The notes beneath the pieces are model-generated. The model was not told the DNA's origin and ran no database searches. It was given only the letters and a program-made list of their open reading frames with translations. A stretch of 64,000 nucleotides of DNA. Origin: the human T2T-CHM13v2.0 reference genome, Homo sapiens. Positions within the stretch are counted from its first letter, which is position 1; each line of letters opens with the position of its first letter. A program made the position numbers and the translations under genes. Below, in pieces: positions 48,883-63,200 of this stretch. The DNA is taken from assembly GCF_009914755.1 (NCBI RefSeq), contig NC_060935.1. One strand, given 5' to 3'.

Positions 48883-49966
48883 CCACTTCTTATTTTTTTA
48901 CTCTTAACTTTCATTTTTCTTTCTCTTCTCTGCCTCTGTCAGTGACTATATCTCCTCCATTTCCAATGCTTATAATTTGTATCATATTTGATCCTTAGCT
49001 CTCATTTATATTATTCATGTGTTTCAATTCTATAACAAATACAAATTGAATTTAGGTAACCTTACACAAAATCTCTTCCCTATTAGTGTAACCAACAGCA
49101 TAGGTGAACATATACTAAACACCCTCAATTTTGTAGATATCATACTTGACTGTAGGTATTTTAATAGTTTATTGTATTCCTTCTCTATCAACTATCTATC
49201 TATCTGTTGTATATCTATATCATCCATGATTATGAAATCATTATTTTGGCAAGAAGAAAAGCTTGACTTAAAACTAGCAGCTAACTGTCACAAAACCCAT
49301 GCGTATTATTCCATAACAGGAAACAGTCCTCATTTAAACAAGTGAATAGGAACTGTACTAGAGAACCATAGATCTGTGATTTTTAATTTATTGTTTTGTT
49401 GTCTGGCTTTCCTTTGTTATTTTCTGCTTCTTAAAAGTGCTTCAGGGTGACATTACAAATGGCATAAGTTATATCAGGAGTGTTAGAATGGTTGTATTTA
49501 TTTTAGGAGCCTATCCCATAGACAAAGAACAGGAATGCCTCTTTCCAGACGTTTATGAAATAAAGGAGAGAGCCATTGATGTGTGCAATTGCTTCTCATT
49601 GTTTCTTTGCAAGGAACAAGGTAGTATGCAGGTAATTGTGGGCTCATTAGGATCAACTAGAATGGAGAAGGATTAATGACTGTCAAGATTTTTAGTGAGT
49701 TCTGTACCAGAAATGAAACTCATAGAATTTTCAAAAAATGCCACTTTGCCCTGTTTTCAACAGAGCTAAGTATTTCACACACCACAGACAAGGGGAAGAA
49801 AAACAGAAACAAAAGACAGATAAAATAACACTTTGCAACCTGAGATAAAACAAAAAGGACAGCATCATCTGGTTAATTCTGATCCCCCAAGCTAATAAAA
49901 CCTTGGAGATTTCCCATAAAACTGTACTACCATAAAACAGTTTTTTCTCCGATTTTGCTATGGTGA

Positions 49967-50288
<322 letters not shown>

Positions 50289-50599
50289 TGCCATGACCTT
50301 TATGAATAGGAAAATCATGTGAGAAAGTTTCTGAACGTCCACCACAACCAGACTAACAGACATTTTGGTAAGCTTCATTATTTTGTGGTGCTACCTTTAA
50401 ATATTTGTGTATTTTATTTGGCCGGCCGGTTGGCCAGCTTTTCTAAGTGCCTTGCACCATCTGCAGGTCAACTCTTTCATTCCTTTTCTAAATGCTCTTT
50501 TAGACATTGTTGACAAATTATACATTATGAATTGGGCATCACCCACACTGTTGGTCTGCCTTGGAAAACTTAAACTCTCCTTCTCTCTGATCACCAACT

Positions 50600-51320
50600 T
50601 CTGAGTTCAGATTTCTCATGAAATTCTTTAGTATCTCTGGACCTTCAACCTTACGTAGACGTCCTGTCAAATAGTCCTACAATTAGGTCTCAGTCTGCCT
50701 TTCTGTTTTGTTTTCTCCTTTAGGTGAGACAGGAAGACTACAGCAGGCTGATGCCTGGTATTTGCCTTTTCCCAGGTCCGTTAGACTGTGGGAAAACCTA
50801 GTGGGTTAGGTTCTGGCAAAGTAGTTTCCCTTGAGGACAAGCCTTGTTAAGAACAGAATGCTCTGGGAATATTTTGAAATGGCTACTCCTCTTGTTATCC
50901 CACCCTGTTTTGTGAAGCCTGTGAGAACATGCCTGGTTTAGCTCTTGAAGGTAAAACTCACTAGAAGGTGAGGGCACCCCTAAGACGGCCCCCCACCCCC
51001 AGAGTTTTGAACCCTCCAACTTAATCACATTGAGTCTCTAGCCATTCATCCATTACAATTCAGGTTTTCCTACCCTGGCACTCGTTCCTGCCAAGATTTC
51101 TGGTCCTAGACTTCTGTTCTGGTAAGCTGTGATTCTCTGTATCTGCTGGACTGTTTCTTCAATTCTGGGGGTGGTGGTATACCCCGTGACCTCAGTTATC
51201 TGATGGACTTAAGAAGAGTTGTTGAATTCCATTTTGTTCAGCTTTTTTCTTGTATTGTCAATAATAATGACTTCCAAACTCCAAATTCCTCACAGCCAAA
51301 CCAGAAATTGAAAGTCTGAC
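50600..51320 (-). mobile_element. Old L1 (L1M4/L1MC-like) 5'-region fragment
   Basis: aggttctggcaaagtagtttcccttgagg...ccttgttaagaacagaatgctctgg...gacctcagttatctgatggacttaagaagagttgttga. Confidence 0.6.
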
Positions 51321-51329
51321 ATCTGGTCT

Positions 51330-52330
51330 CTAGAGCTCCCTGTGTTTGCTTCCTATTCATGATCTCTTTTCTGTTTTCTCTTTCTTCTCTATCCAACTTA
51401 GCCTTCATGCAATGCCATTCCAACCACTCACCTGTACAATGAAGCCTGAATTCTGAATCAGTCCGCCTCTTTGACATCTCTGCCACGAGACTACTGAGGA
51501 ACTTTAAAGAAAATTGCAAGGCTTTCAAGACCTGATGCACGCCCCTCCCTCAGTATTTCCATACATTGTTCCTTTCTCTATCAGTCTCTTGACACCTTAA
51601 GGGGACACATCTTCCTTAGCCCCTTCTACCGAAGTGAACTTGTTGATTCTGCTTCTTAAGAACATCTCTTCTCTTCCCATTTACATTTACCATTAATGAA
51701 GCTATTGTTGGCATATTGTTCTCTGCTCTGACTCTAGTAATAGCCTTCTCCATGGCTTCAGTCTTGACTTTTCCAATCTATTGCTCTACATTGTGGCTAG
51801 ACAGATGATTCTAATACATCAACTTAATTGTGGTGTTTCTCCCAAAAAGTTCTTCATTCTTCACTGTCTTCAGAATTTGGTCCGTACCTGAAATGGACTC
51901 AATATGGTTTTCCAAGCCCCTCATGATGTGGAGTCTTCCTAGCTCTTCAACCATGGCTTTTGTCATTTAGCCCTTTATTCTATTGAACCATGTTGTTCAC
52001 AACCTCAGTTTCCAGAAGGGATGATGATTTCCCACATCTTGGAAAGTTCGTATGAGCTGAACTCTTTTATATAATATCCCGAGTTAGATTTCAATCGTTC
52101 CAATAAGAATCACCCTCTAAGACGTGGTTACTTCTTTGCTCTGCCTTAGAATCTTGTTTTTTTTATTATTATTATTATAGAATGCATATTTTACTAAATT
52201 GCATTTGCTTCTTTATCTTGTCTCTTTCCCATGAGGAAAAAACCTTATCTCTTATTTATTACTGTATCCTCAATATCTAGCATAGTGCCAGTCACAAAAA
52301 ATGTATACTATGAATATTTATAATGAGTGA
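51330..52330 (+). mobile_element. L2 LINE fragments
   Basis: ttccaatctattgctctacattgtggctagacagatgattct...ttactgtatcctcaatatctagcatagtgcc...aatatttataatgagtga. Confidence 0.6.
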
Positions 52331-52891
52331 CAAGAGACTGCCATATGGAATTACATAAAACATGAAACTAGGTTTTTGTCTCTATATTCTTAACCTGCTT
52401 GCTGAACTTATACGTTTATGTTCTTACTATAAACTGTAAGCTATTGGACTCAGCAGAAGTCACAAACAGCCAGACTGCAGGCTGAATGTTACCCACAAAA
52501 CTGTTTGTTTTGGTATTGTCCATGCTTGGGAGAAAATAAAGCCAATATTTAGAGAGGAAGAGATTAAAATTCTAATGTCCAATTGATCCTAAAAATTAGA
52601 AAACCTATAAACACAGATCCAAAAAAAGCTTTGTTGTCAGTTAGATGAGAGCATGCATCAGTGGATGTTTGTGTTGTCATTTACAAACTTGATGTTATTG
52701 GGGAAGTTTTTCAACTTCCCCAATTCTCTAAGCCTTAATGCACTTCTTATTCACCAGGTCCCATCCAGTAAAATTCAACATAGCTCTCACATTCTTTCTC
52801 TGCCATAGGTTTACCACTTGAGATAGAAAAAAACCTTCAGCTTCTCTTCTTTGCTCTTCACCTGCACTCTTCTTATTCTCAAAAGTAAAGG

Positions 52892-53189
52892 AGCCAGGTG
52901 TGGTGGCTCACACCTGTAATCCCAGCAATTTGGGAGGCCAAGGCGGGCAGGTCACTTGAGATCAGGAGTTTGAGGCCAGCCTGCTCAACATGGCGAAACC
53001 CCATCTCTACTGAAAATACAAAAAATTAGCTGGGTGTGGTGGCATGCACCTGTAATCCCAGCTACTCAGGAGGCTGAGGCAGGAGAATCGCCTGAACCTG
53101 GGAGGCAGAGGTTGTAGTGAGCCAAGATTGTGACATGGCTGTCCAGCCTGTGTGACAGAGCAAGACTCCACCTCAAAAAAAAAAAAAAA
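52892..53189 (+). mobile_element. Full-length AluS (Sx/Sz-like)
   Basis: Dimeric Alu with TACTGAAAATACAAAAAATTAGC linker and poly(A). Confidence 0.93.
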
Positions 53190-54487
53190 GGAAATTCCAA
53201 AGTGGATTTTCAAAGTCCACGACATTTGCTGGGAAATCTTCATTATTAGGTGTGACCAACCCTCCATGCAAAGTTTCTTATTTCTTCCTTCTTTACTCGA
53301 AAGGGTCAACAGATCCCAGCAAACCCTGAATTTAGTGCACATTTTCATATACCTTTTCTAGTCTTCTCTTTCTCTCTATAGAGATAGATGGATGTATAAA
53401 TTGAACAAGAGCTTGCACCTCAGGCCAAGTCGGATATTTTTTTCTGGCTATCTTTCATCTTTTTTTTTTCCCCACTACTAAGGTACCTTGTCTTAAGCTA
53501 TTGACCTGGTGTCAGTTTGTATCCTAAGCCAGTTTGGTCCTAAGTATGAAGGAAAAACACACATTTTTCCTTTCTATTTATCTGTTTAATTGCTGGGAGC
53601 AATGGTAGGAATACTTTGAACAGGTCTTTCCTCACATTACAGTGACCTTGATGTATAGAAAGGTGAAGTAGACAGAGGCTTGCAAATATATATCTAAAAT
53701 ATAGGTATAGCTTTCAGGGGCATTTAGAAAAACGATGACACTGAGACACTAGATTCCTATATTTAGGAAGGCTGAAAAGAATTGGTAGTTTAGAGGAACA
53801 AAGGGAAAGTAGGGCAGTTTTCCTTACAGACTTTGGACAAGGGCAGCTATTCTTCTTGTGGACGTAAATTAGATGCCCAGGGGAGAATTCACACTTCACA
53901 CAGAAGCATTGGTCACAGGATTTTCAAACACTGGTTCTTAGAAGAGCTTTATTGTCTTATCTTGTTATTCCATTCTCTATTCTGTTTCGAATCTACTCTT
54001 GCAGGCTGGACCTTCAGCTATAGCTATGGAAGGCAGTAAGCCACAGTGTGTGAGACTTACGGTCCTTGGGTTTATTCTGAATAAGAGGAGATTTCACAGA
54101 TTGATTGCTCAGTTTGTTTGTTTGATTGTTTTACTTTTTTTTCTAGATGTCTCTCACTCAACCCCATTTCCATCATGTTTGTCAACTAGATCTAAGAGAA
54201 CCGTATAGGGCAAGTAGGATCCAGGTTTAGCAGACGCGGTGGAATTTTTGTGCTGCCATTGAAGTGTGAAGGCTAATCAAAGCCTTGGAAATTAACAAGC
54301 ATAAACTAATAGAATGCAAGGGCTTGGGGAGGAATTACAGGCAATAACATATTTATTAATGGAGTTTTGAATGCATAGACCTGGGAACAATTGCAGAAAT
54401 ACTGCGGAGCTAAAGGCTCTTTTGAACTATCTGAGAAAAGCCCATGTGATCATAATGACTGTTCTGAAGATCAGACAACATTGTGCC

Positions 54488-54721
54488 TCAGCTTGGGCAA
54501 CATAACAATATCCCGTCTTTACAAAAAAAATTTAAAAATTAGCTGAGCATGGTAGTGCATTCCTGTAGTCCCAGCTACTCAGCGGGGAGCTGAGGTGTGA
54601 GGATCACTTGAGCCCAGGAGGTCGAGGCTACACTGAGTTGTGATCGCACCACTGTACTCTGGTAGCCTGGGTGACAGAGTGAGACCCTGTCTCAAAAACA
54701 AACAAACAAACAAACAAAAAA
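54488..54721 (+). mobile_element. 5'-truncated AluJ with (AAAC)n tail
   Basis: cagcttgggcaacata...aaaaattagctgagcatgg...ggatcacttgagcccaggaggtcgaggct...gagaccctgtctcaaaaacaaac. Confidence 0.9.
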
Positions 54722-54959
54722 CCCACTCTGGCCTTAGGAAACTGGTATGTATTCGATGACATTTTAATAAAGTGAAACTAAAAGTAACTGCTTTTTTCCT
54801 CTCATAGTCTGTATGTTTTATTTTGCTAGATAGGAGTATATTTAGATGAAAACAAGAAAGAAGCATTGCCTTTGCTTGGGAAAGTCTATTACTGCAATAA
54901 TTACATATCATACTAAATTTTGTTGGCATGGGACTGGGGTTCCTCTACACTTACATGTC

Positions 54960-55270
54960 TGTGGAATCACTGAACTCCGGAAAAATGAACATAGGAGACT
55001 ACGGGTTTGAGTCTTTCAACATTAGAGGTATTCAGAAGATAGGCCTGTTCTAAGGGAAAATGACCCACGATGTAACTGCTGGAGACATGGCCCATGCTGC
55101 CTGGAATGAGACTGCTTCTGGAGGAATAATCAAGGACAGATTTTGGCATTCCTAATACTTCAGGGGTGAGGAGGAAGATTTATTTAAATCTAGATTTTTG
55201 AAAGTTTTTTGGGGGAATTTATGAAAGGACATGGGGCAGTTTATATTAGAGCATTTCTCAGTGGAATATG
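54960..55270 (+). mobile_element. Possible L3/CR1 LINE fragment
   Basis: Weak resemblance to CR1 RT 3' region (gcctgttctaagggaaaatgacccacgatg...cctaatacttcagggg). Confidence 0.35.
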
Positions 55271-56499
55271 GCAAGACGTAATTTAAGAAGTAGAATTAGA
55301 ATCAAGGAACATGAAGTTTTGGCTTATTTTACAGTGTGGATTTGAAGTTAATTACTGTCCTTACTCATTTAAGGGACTTGTGAGATCTTTGGTTAAACCT
55401 TCCATCTCACTGGACATAGGAAGTTACAGAAATACAGGACAATGATAAGATCTTACTTGCAACCAGTGGAAATAGAGGCAAATGTTTCTTAAAACTCTAA
55501 TAGTATCCACATCTAAGGAAAATATTTATATCTCTGAATTATTGATCGCAAGAATGGCTGCTAAATGGAGCTGGGTTAACAGATGAAACCACGTTGCGGG
55601 AATAAGGGCAGCAGGCATTGGCCTCACTCTGTGTGCTGCCTCTCTGCTCCTTCAGCTCCCAAGAGAAGGGGAAAAAATTGCTAATCTGACACATTCTAGA
55701 ATCCAGTACATTGATTGGGAGTCACACACGGCTTAAAAAGTTGATCACTCTCCTGTGGCTCTATCTGTGTCTCTCTTTTAGTTCCTGTGCTTGCTAAATG
55801 CCTGAGTTCATAAGTTGATCCAAGGCCTCTCTTCCCTCTCTATGTGTAACTCAAAGCTAGTTATTGCATTGAGTTCCTGAACCACACAGAAGCTCAAATA
55901 CAAAAAAAAAAAAAAAAAAAAAACAAAAAAAACCCAGTCATTTTTCTTTAGCAGGGGACAAAGAGGCCCATTAGATCTTAGATCCTAAGTCATATGCTCC
56001 AATCCAGCTGCACCAGAGTTTTACATGAAGGCATTGGGAAGTAGCCTAATGAGTTAGCACAGGAGACTTTCTTTTCCACGCAGCTATTTTTTCATGTATG
56101 CCTCACTCCTTTTAGGAACTTTTTTTCATGGAAGCTAACTGGAAAGACAGTATTTCTCAGTCCTAATCAATTGTCCTCAAGACCCCAATTATACCACAGA
56201 CTCCTTATACTCCTTATACATTTATTCTTTATGGGCCTAGACTTTGCTTTACCTATTCTTCAGCATAGTGTTTTTCAAAAATTCCCTCAGAAGTATTTCT
56301 GCTGGTAGGGATGATGAATACATACCCTATGTCTGAAAGTAAAGGACAAAGCAAGCTATCACTGAAACAGAAGATTGTCTGAAGTTCCATTAAAAAAAAA
56401 AAAAAAGACAAAACCATGATTATTTGCAGCCACAAGATACATCCAATTTGTTTCAATAAATTATATGTTTTAAATTACTTATTGCTGAGTAAAACTGAT

Positions 56500-56720
56500 T
56501 CTGCAGAGGAGGTAAGGAATCAGGCTTTGTAATGAAGCAGGCTGAGTTTGAACCCCAAATTCCTGTTTGCTGGCTATATGACCTTGGGAAAGTGAGACTA
56601 CCTTGAGCCTTGATTCCTTTAGGTATAGAAAAGATAAGAAAAACAAAAACCCTACCTTACTGGTATAATGTGAGACTAAGTTATTGGATATATTTATAAT
56701 GTTAAAATGTGTGTAAATAC
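56500..56720 (+). mobile_element. MIR SINE
   Basis: caggctttg...ctgagtttgaacccc...gctatatgaccttgggaaagtga...ccttgagccttgattcc. Confidence 0.75.
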
Positions 56721-58678
56721 ACATGTTATAATTACTTTAAATATGTGTGTATGAATATTTTTTTGCACATCATATACCTCTAGTTATCTGCCTTCAGTTC
56801 CCAGGAATAGCCTTGTTTTAGTTTGAAAAGCATAAATCCAATGATGAGGCCCATTTCTGGAATATGCATTCTCTCTCCCAGGACCTTGCTCCTCATGCAC
56901 AGACACAATGATTTATTCTACATTTGCTTCAAAGAATGAAGCAGAAAGGCACTTTCCCAAGTTGCCTCTCCCTAGGGAAATGAATTCACAGTTTGTTTTT
57001 GGTTTAACTAATCCCTTCTTCCTCTGGGCTGTTCATTTTTGTTTCTCTTTTTAAAAATCTTCCAGCTTATTCCATGTCTTCCAGCTATTTCTGCTGTCCA
57101 GGACACAATGATGGATTCTAATACAGCAGCAACAGCTGAAGAGTTTCACATTTTCCTCTGGGAGATCCCATTGGTTGGTGAAACTAAAAATGAAGACATT
57201 TTAGGCATTTCCCTAAAGTGCTTCTCTACCATCCTTAGGGCTAGTTTGTTTGCCCACACTGCTTGAGCAGAGGTCTGTTAACACAATGATTGCAAAACAT
57301 CTGGGGGAGATATTTAGATATAAGGGGTTGCAGGGTAGCTTTTATTGCTATTAATGAAAACAACTCACCATTTGGCACAATAGCCTATGCCTTCTGAGTG
57401 CTGTACATAGCAATGCCTGATTGCCCTAGATATGCTTTGTCCCAGGATTCACTGTCAATTCAAATAATAAATAAGTAACACAAGCCATACAGATTAGAGG
57501 GAAGGATAATTGTCCTACCTAGTCAAATAAATGAGGGGCTGGCTGGGACAAAGAAGAGGAGAACTACAGAGGTATATGTTTTCCACCCCAATGGTGCCAT
57601 TTTCATTGTTATTTTATCTACACTACAATGGGTAAAAGGGAATATCTAGTCACAACACGGTCATAACAAACAACTAAAGTGTTTCCATCCTCATGGGCCA
57701 TAGACAGTTTCCTTTCAGTACTTCTGACTATGTTTCCCTCACTACTCCTGTAGGAGGCTTTGGATGGAATTACTTCACTGGAAGAGAGAAGAGTACGTTA
57801 GTTTCATCCTATGGGGAGAATCAAAGAACTACCAAATCAATTCAACATGTAAATAGAGAAATAAAAACTGCAGGGATATTCCATTTCAGGCTGAGAATAA
57901 GGGCAATGCGTTTTGCCAATCTGAAAATCATATCAGCAATATTAATGGTTCTATCCCATTAAGTGCTTACTGTGTGCTATTCACCATAATAAGAAATAAG
58001 CTTTTTTATTTAATTTCTTAACATAGTTATTTTTAGTAGGTACTATTATTTTTATCAAAATTAGAGAATTTAGTTAATTTGCCTAAGGTCACAAAAGATT
58101 CCATGACAATTCCTCATAAGTAAGTTCAAAACAGGTCTCACATCAGTTATTCATTTAATTACTTTTGATGTGGCAGATTTTGATAAGCAGATGTGTAATA
58201 GTTTACAAAGAAAACAATCAGGAGCTTTCCAGCAAAGTGTTACCACTTCTACCCTGACTTAATCACAAGACTCTGGAGACCTTGAAAGGAAGGGAGTTGG
58301 AAATTGAACTGAACACATAAAATTTTGTATCACACTGTACTGAATTATTTATTTACATGCTACCCCCTCCACACAAACACACACACACACAAGCCCACTT
58401 AACAATGAGTTGCTGAAACAAGGACCTAGTTTTATTCATCTTTGTCTGTCCATATCTGTCTGCCTTATTACAAGCTCAAATGAGATCATGTTTAAAAAAT
58501 TATAAAAAAGAAAGAAGGGGGAATGAGAGGAATGTAATATGTCTTCGAAGGATTATACAATGCTAGCAGAATTACAGGTCTATGTATCATCTCACATTTA
58601 CTGTCATTTTTGAAGAAGGTGGGATTATCCCAGTTATAGAGACAGGAGAATAAAGGTTTAGAGAAGTTACATAATTGA

Positions 58679-59077
<399 letters not shown>

Positions 59078-60012
59078 GTCTATGATTTTTCTACAACATA
59101 AGGTTGAGTATGTAAATTTTTACCACCATTAGTCTTATATAATTATGGTTAACTTACTTTTAACTTTGCTAAAGGTTAGGAGATAACTATTAGGGCCTGT
59201 AGATTGGTGAACTATTCATTGCAAAAGATAATACAGAATAAGAAACAACATTGAGATATAGGGTGCAATGATATATTTGTTTTGGCCTGCTGAGTTTTAG
59301 GCTACTATGGGGAATGTAAAAGGAAATGTTTGATAAGAGCTGAAAATATGAATTCAAAATTCAGGAGGTAAATTTGTCCCAAAGATGGAGGCTTGAGAAG
59401 GGATTATAATTGTGGCAGTTAAAGCCTTGGGATACAATGAGTCCCTGAAGGAGAAAATATAGGTTGAGAATAGTGCTGAAGGTTAGCCTGTAAGAAATGA
59501 GAAGAGAAAAAAATTTAAAAGTCTAAAAAAGACATTTTGAGAAGAGCTATCTAGAATGGAGAAGAACCAAGACAAACATGCAAAGAAGATAAAAGAAAAA
59601 AGAGTTTCAAGAAAAAAAAAGTCACAATATATAAAAGTGAATTAAGAACCAAAATATGCTCATCGGATATATGACTTAGGAATTCTGCTCTATCAACTAT
59701 TGGATATTTCGAAGTTTTACGGTTATATCAGAATAACTAAGGGACATGTGAATTGAAAGAATGTTTTATTTAAACATGTCAATAAAAGAACCCCAGTTTC
59801 TACTTAGAAACAATGCTTAATATGAATGGAGTACAATTAATATCATGAAAGAAGAGTCATGATCAACTCTCTTATTCTGACATTTTGCTTTAATGTATTT
59901 ATCATCACCTGATATAACATATATGTATTTCTCATCTACCTCCTGACAGTGGATGTAAGCTCGTAAAAGGAGGCACTTTATTTCATTACTACTGCATAGT
60001 CAGTGTCTAGGA

Positions 60013-60202
60013 CAGGAGTTGGTCAAATGTAGCCCACCTCTTGTTATTATAAATAAAGTTTTATTGGAATACAGCCATGCCTGCTTATATTGCCTATGAC
60101 TGTTTTGGCAGAGCTGAATCAATATGACAGAGACCATATGGCTCACAGGCCTAAAATATTTACTATCTGGCCCTTGACAGCAAAAAAGTTTGCCAACTCC
60201 TG
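60013..60202 (+). mobile_element. MER58A (hAT-Charlie MITE) inserted in an L2 3' end
   Basis: TIRs CAGGAGTTGG..CAAA / TTTGCCAACTCCTG; 8-bp TSD GTCTAGGA/GTCTAGAA; internal AATAAAGTTTTATTGGAATACAGCCATGCC. Confidence 0.88.
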
Positions 60203-62069
60203 GTCTAGAACAATACTTGTCTATAATGAGTGCTCAATAAATATAATTGATAAATGAGAGAATTAATAAAGACACTGTTCTTAATTATTGAACATATGTT
60301 GACAAAATTACTTAACCTTTCTAAGCTTTGTTTCCTCATTTATAAGAATGGAATAACAATAATAGTAATATATCTTAAAGAACAGAAGTGAGCATTACAT
60401 GAGATATACATAATTAGCAAATGGTAAAATTAAAAAACAAAAATACTTGTTCCCTTCCCTGTCATTCCTTAAAATGCTGTCTGTGAAGGTAATTTCACGG
60501 TCTGCTGACTGGCTACGTGTGTGTTCAGGACTTGCCTGAATCACTCTGCTTGGAGCCCCTCTGGTCAGCAACATGAAGACAAAGTAATAATATCAATTCA
60601 CCCAAATAAGATGTTCTTCTGTCCCTAGCAGTTGTGAGACTCGGACTGCTCTAGCATGACAAAAATGGTGGAGTCTAAGGAAAGTCACAGGCCCCCAACT
60701 TCCAAGTCATCCCATTCCTTTAAAGTCATTATTTCATTATTAACATTATGTTGAGTGTGACAGAAAGAGAAGTAGATAATAAAAAGAGACATTTGGGATT
60801 GATATAACCACTGGCAATGATTTTCCAGGACACAGACTTTCACCTCTCTAATTGTTCCAGGAAAGTCCTCCATTATTCACGGCATTCTCTGCAGTGTGGT
60901 ACACTGTTCAATGCACTTGTCAAGACCATTCAGTCTCTTAATTATTTTTTTTTTAAATTTGCTAGTTTTATTTTTTAATGGCTATTGGATATCCAATGAG
61001 GAAGGTTATTTTTAATGTCACTTAGCTTTCAAAAAGTACTAGTAATGAAAGCTATTATAAGCTTTTGTTCTTAAACATATACACCCTCAACCAAGAGAGA
61101 TATTTTCTATTTTATTTTAAAAAGGGACTTGAACATTAAAATTGAAGCCATTACAATTGGCAGGTACTAAGTAAGAGAAAAGAGATATACAAATATTTCC
61201 ATTTTCAAAAGGATTTTAATAGTTAAAAAATAGAAAGGACAGTATAAGAACAGGAAAAAGTTAGAAAAATAACATTGCTATTAAATATATGTGTCCAGCT
61301 CTTTATCATTTAGGTCCCAAATGTCCATATTGTCTGAGGCAACCTGAAGTCACATCATACATTTCACAATCCCTATATTCTGTGGATATCAAGACATTTC
61401 CCTACTTGAGTAAAGAAATATGCAGAGAGATTCTGTGTTTTGTGACACATTTACCCACTATATGTTAAGCAATACAAAAGTGGCTGGGAAGACCGTAATA
61501 CCACCTCAAACAAAGCTTACTATAATTTATTTCTTTAGAATAGCATTAGAAATGTTTTCAAAGTTTGACTTTTGTCCAGTTAATGATAAACACACTTTAA
61601 TCAAATTTAAATGAGATGTAAACAGAAGAAAGGCTTGCCAATACATTTTAAAGATAATTTATTTTATCCTTTTGTGTTTCAAGATAAACTATTTTACCAT
61701 CTGAAGTTTAAAATTTGTAATTTTAAAAAAATCGATGTAACTTTGATCATTCTCTTGTTTCTAAATGGTGAGACAAGATTGTCTTTAGGGTGCTATTTGC
61801 AAGCATTTTTCTCCAAATAAAATATTTAGGGTGTGGATAGACTTTGTTCATAAGAAATGAAAAGATAAATTGTATATAAAGACATTTTTCCCTTTAACAG
61901 TGACTTTGAAGTGTTAGAGACATCCTGATGTGTCACAGTTTTGATCAAATAACCATAATTTGCAAACCTAGTAAATGCTAGATCACTGTGAATTTGCAGA
62001 ACGATTTTCACTTTTGTGATCATGATTATCTGGTTTTTAATTTGTTTCCATAGTAGAGATGTTACCAAA

Positions 62070-62260
62070 CAGTCAGGCTACTTTGGTTCAAATTCTACTT
62101 CTCCCTGACCTTGGAAAATAATCTAGCCTCTTCAAAGTGCAGTTTTTTTATCTTTAAAATGAGTATAATAGTACCACATAGCTCTGAGAATTGTGAAAAT
62201 TACATGAATTAGTTCATGTAAAATAAGCAGGGCATTTTAATACTTATTTACCATTTCTTT
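62070..62260 (+). mobile_element. MIR SINE
   Basis: ggttcaaattctact...tgaccttggaaaataatctagcctct...cagttttttatctttaaaatgagtataatagtacc. Confidence 0.75.
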
Positions 62261-62519
62261 ATGGTATTATGGAAAAATCACTGAGCACCACCTAATAAGA
62301 AGTTGGTATAATTTCCACTTTTAAGACTCTTCACTGCATAAATCAGTAAACTTACCAGCATCTAAGATTTTATTTTTAATATTGAAAATATCTACGAAAG
62401 AGGTTATGCACAAAGATTAAACTGTATGATGAATGTGAATTAGCATCCTTATTGGCCCATTGTAGTGGTCCAGTGAATAAACATATAATGTTTGAACAAT
62501 GAATTTAAACATGTAGTAA

Positions 62520-63200
62520 GTTCATGTTTTAAAAAGTATAGTCAAATTTATGGGGAACTATAAGACAAACACACTTAAAAAGCAAATGGCAAAGTGGAGA
62601 TAAGTTTTGCTATAAATATAGTAGACAGGTTTATAATTCTTCTTTTACAAAGAGCTCTAAGAAATTAATTGAAAACTCCACTGAGACTGGAATAGAAAAA
62701 TGGGCAAAGAAGCCAAGAAGGTCATTCTTTGAAGAGAAAAAATCAAAAGGCAAATAAATATGCAAATATCAACCTCACTATCTAAGAAGAAAAATGATGA
62801 ATTTTGGGGGGATTTTTTTTGTCACCTATTACATAGTGCTTTCTATGGTGTGGTGGTTCTATCATATAGTCCAATTAGTATAACCTGATAAGACCTTTCA
62901 GCATCATAACCTTTAGAGAGAAAAGGCTGGCAATGTGTGTCCAGATCTTTAAAAATGGCTACAGCTTTGGGCCTGGTAAACCATGCAACTGAAACAACCA
63001 GAGATGCTAAATAATTGTCATGAATAAAGTTGTTCATGCATTCATTTTTAACAGGAAAAAAGAAAACTCAGTATGCCACCAGACAAAATGATTTTAAAAA
63101 TAAAGACTATTTAGTGAAACAAAATGCTTATATAATAATGTTATGTGAAAACAGTAATTTGAGTTCACCTTTGTATGTATATGTGATTGATTATATAACC
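62520..63200 (+). mobile_element. Old L1 (L1ME-like) ORF2-end/3' fragment
   Basis: aatagaaaaatgggcaaaga...ggcaaataaatatgcaaatatcaacctcacta. Confidence 0.6.
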
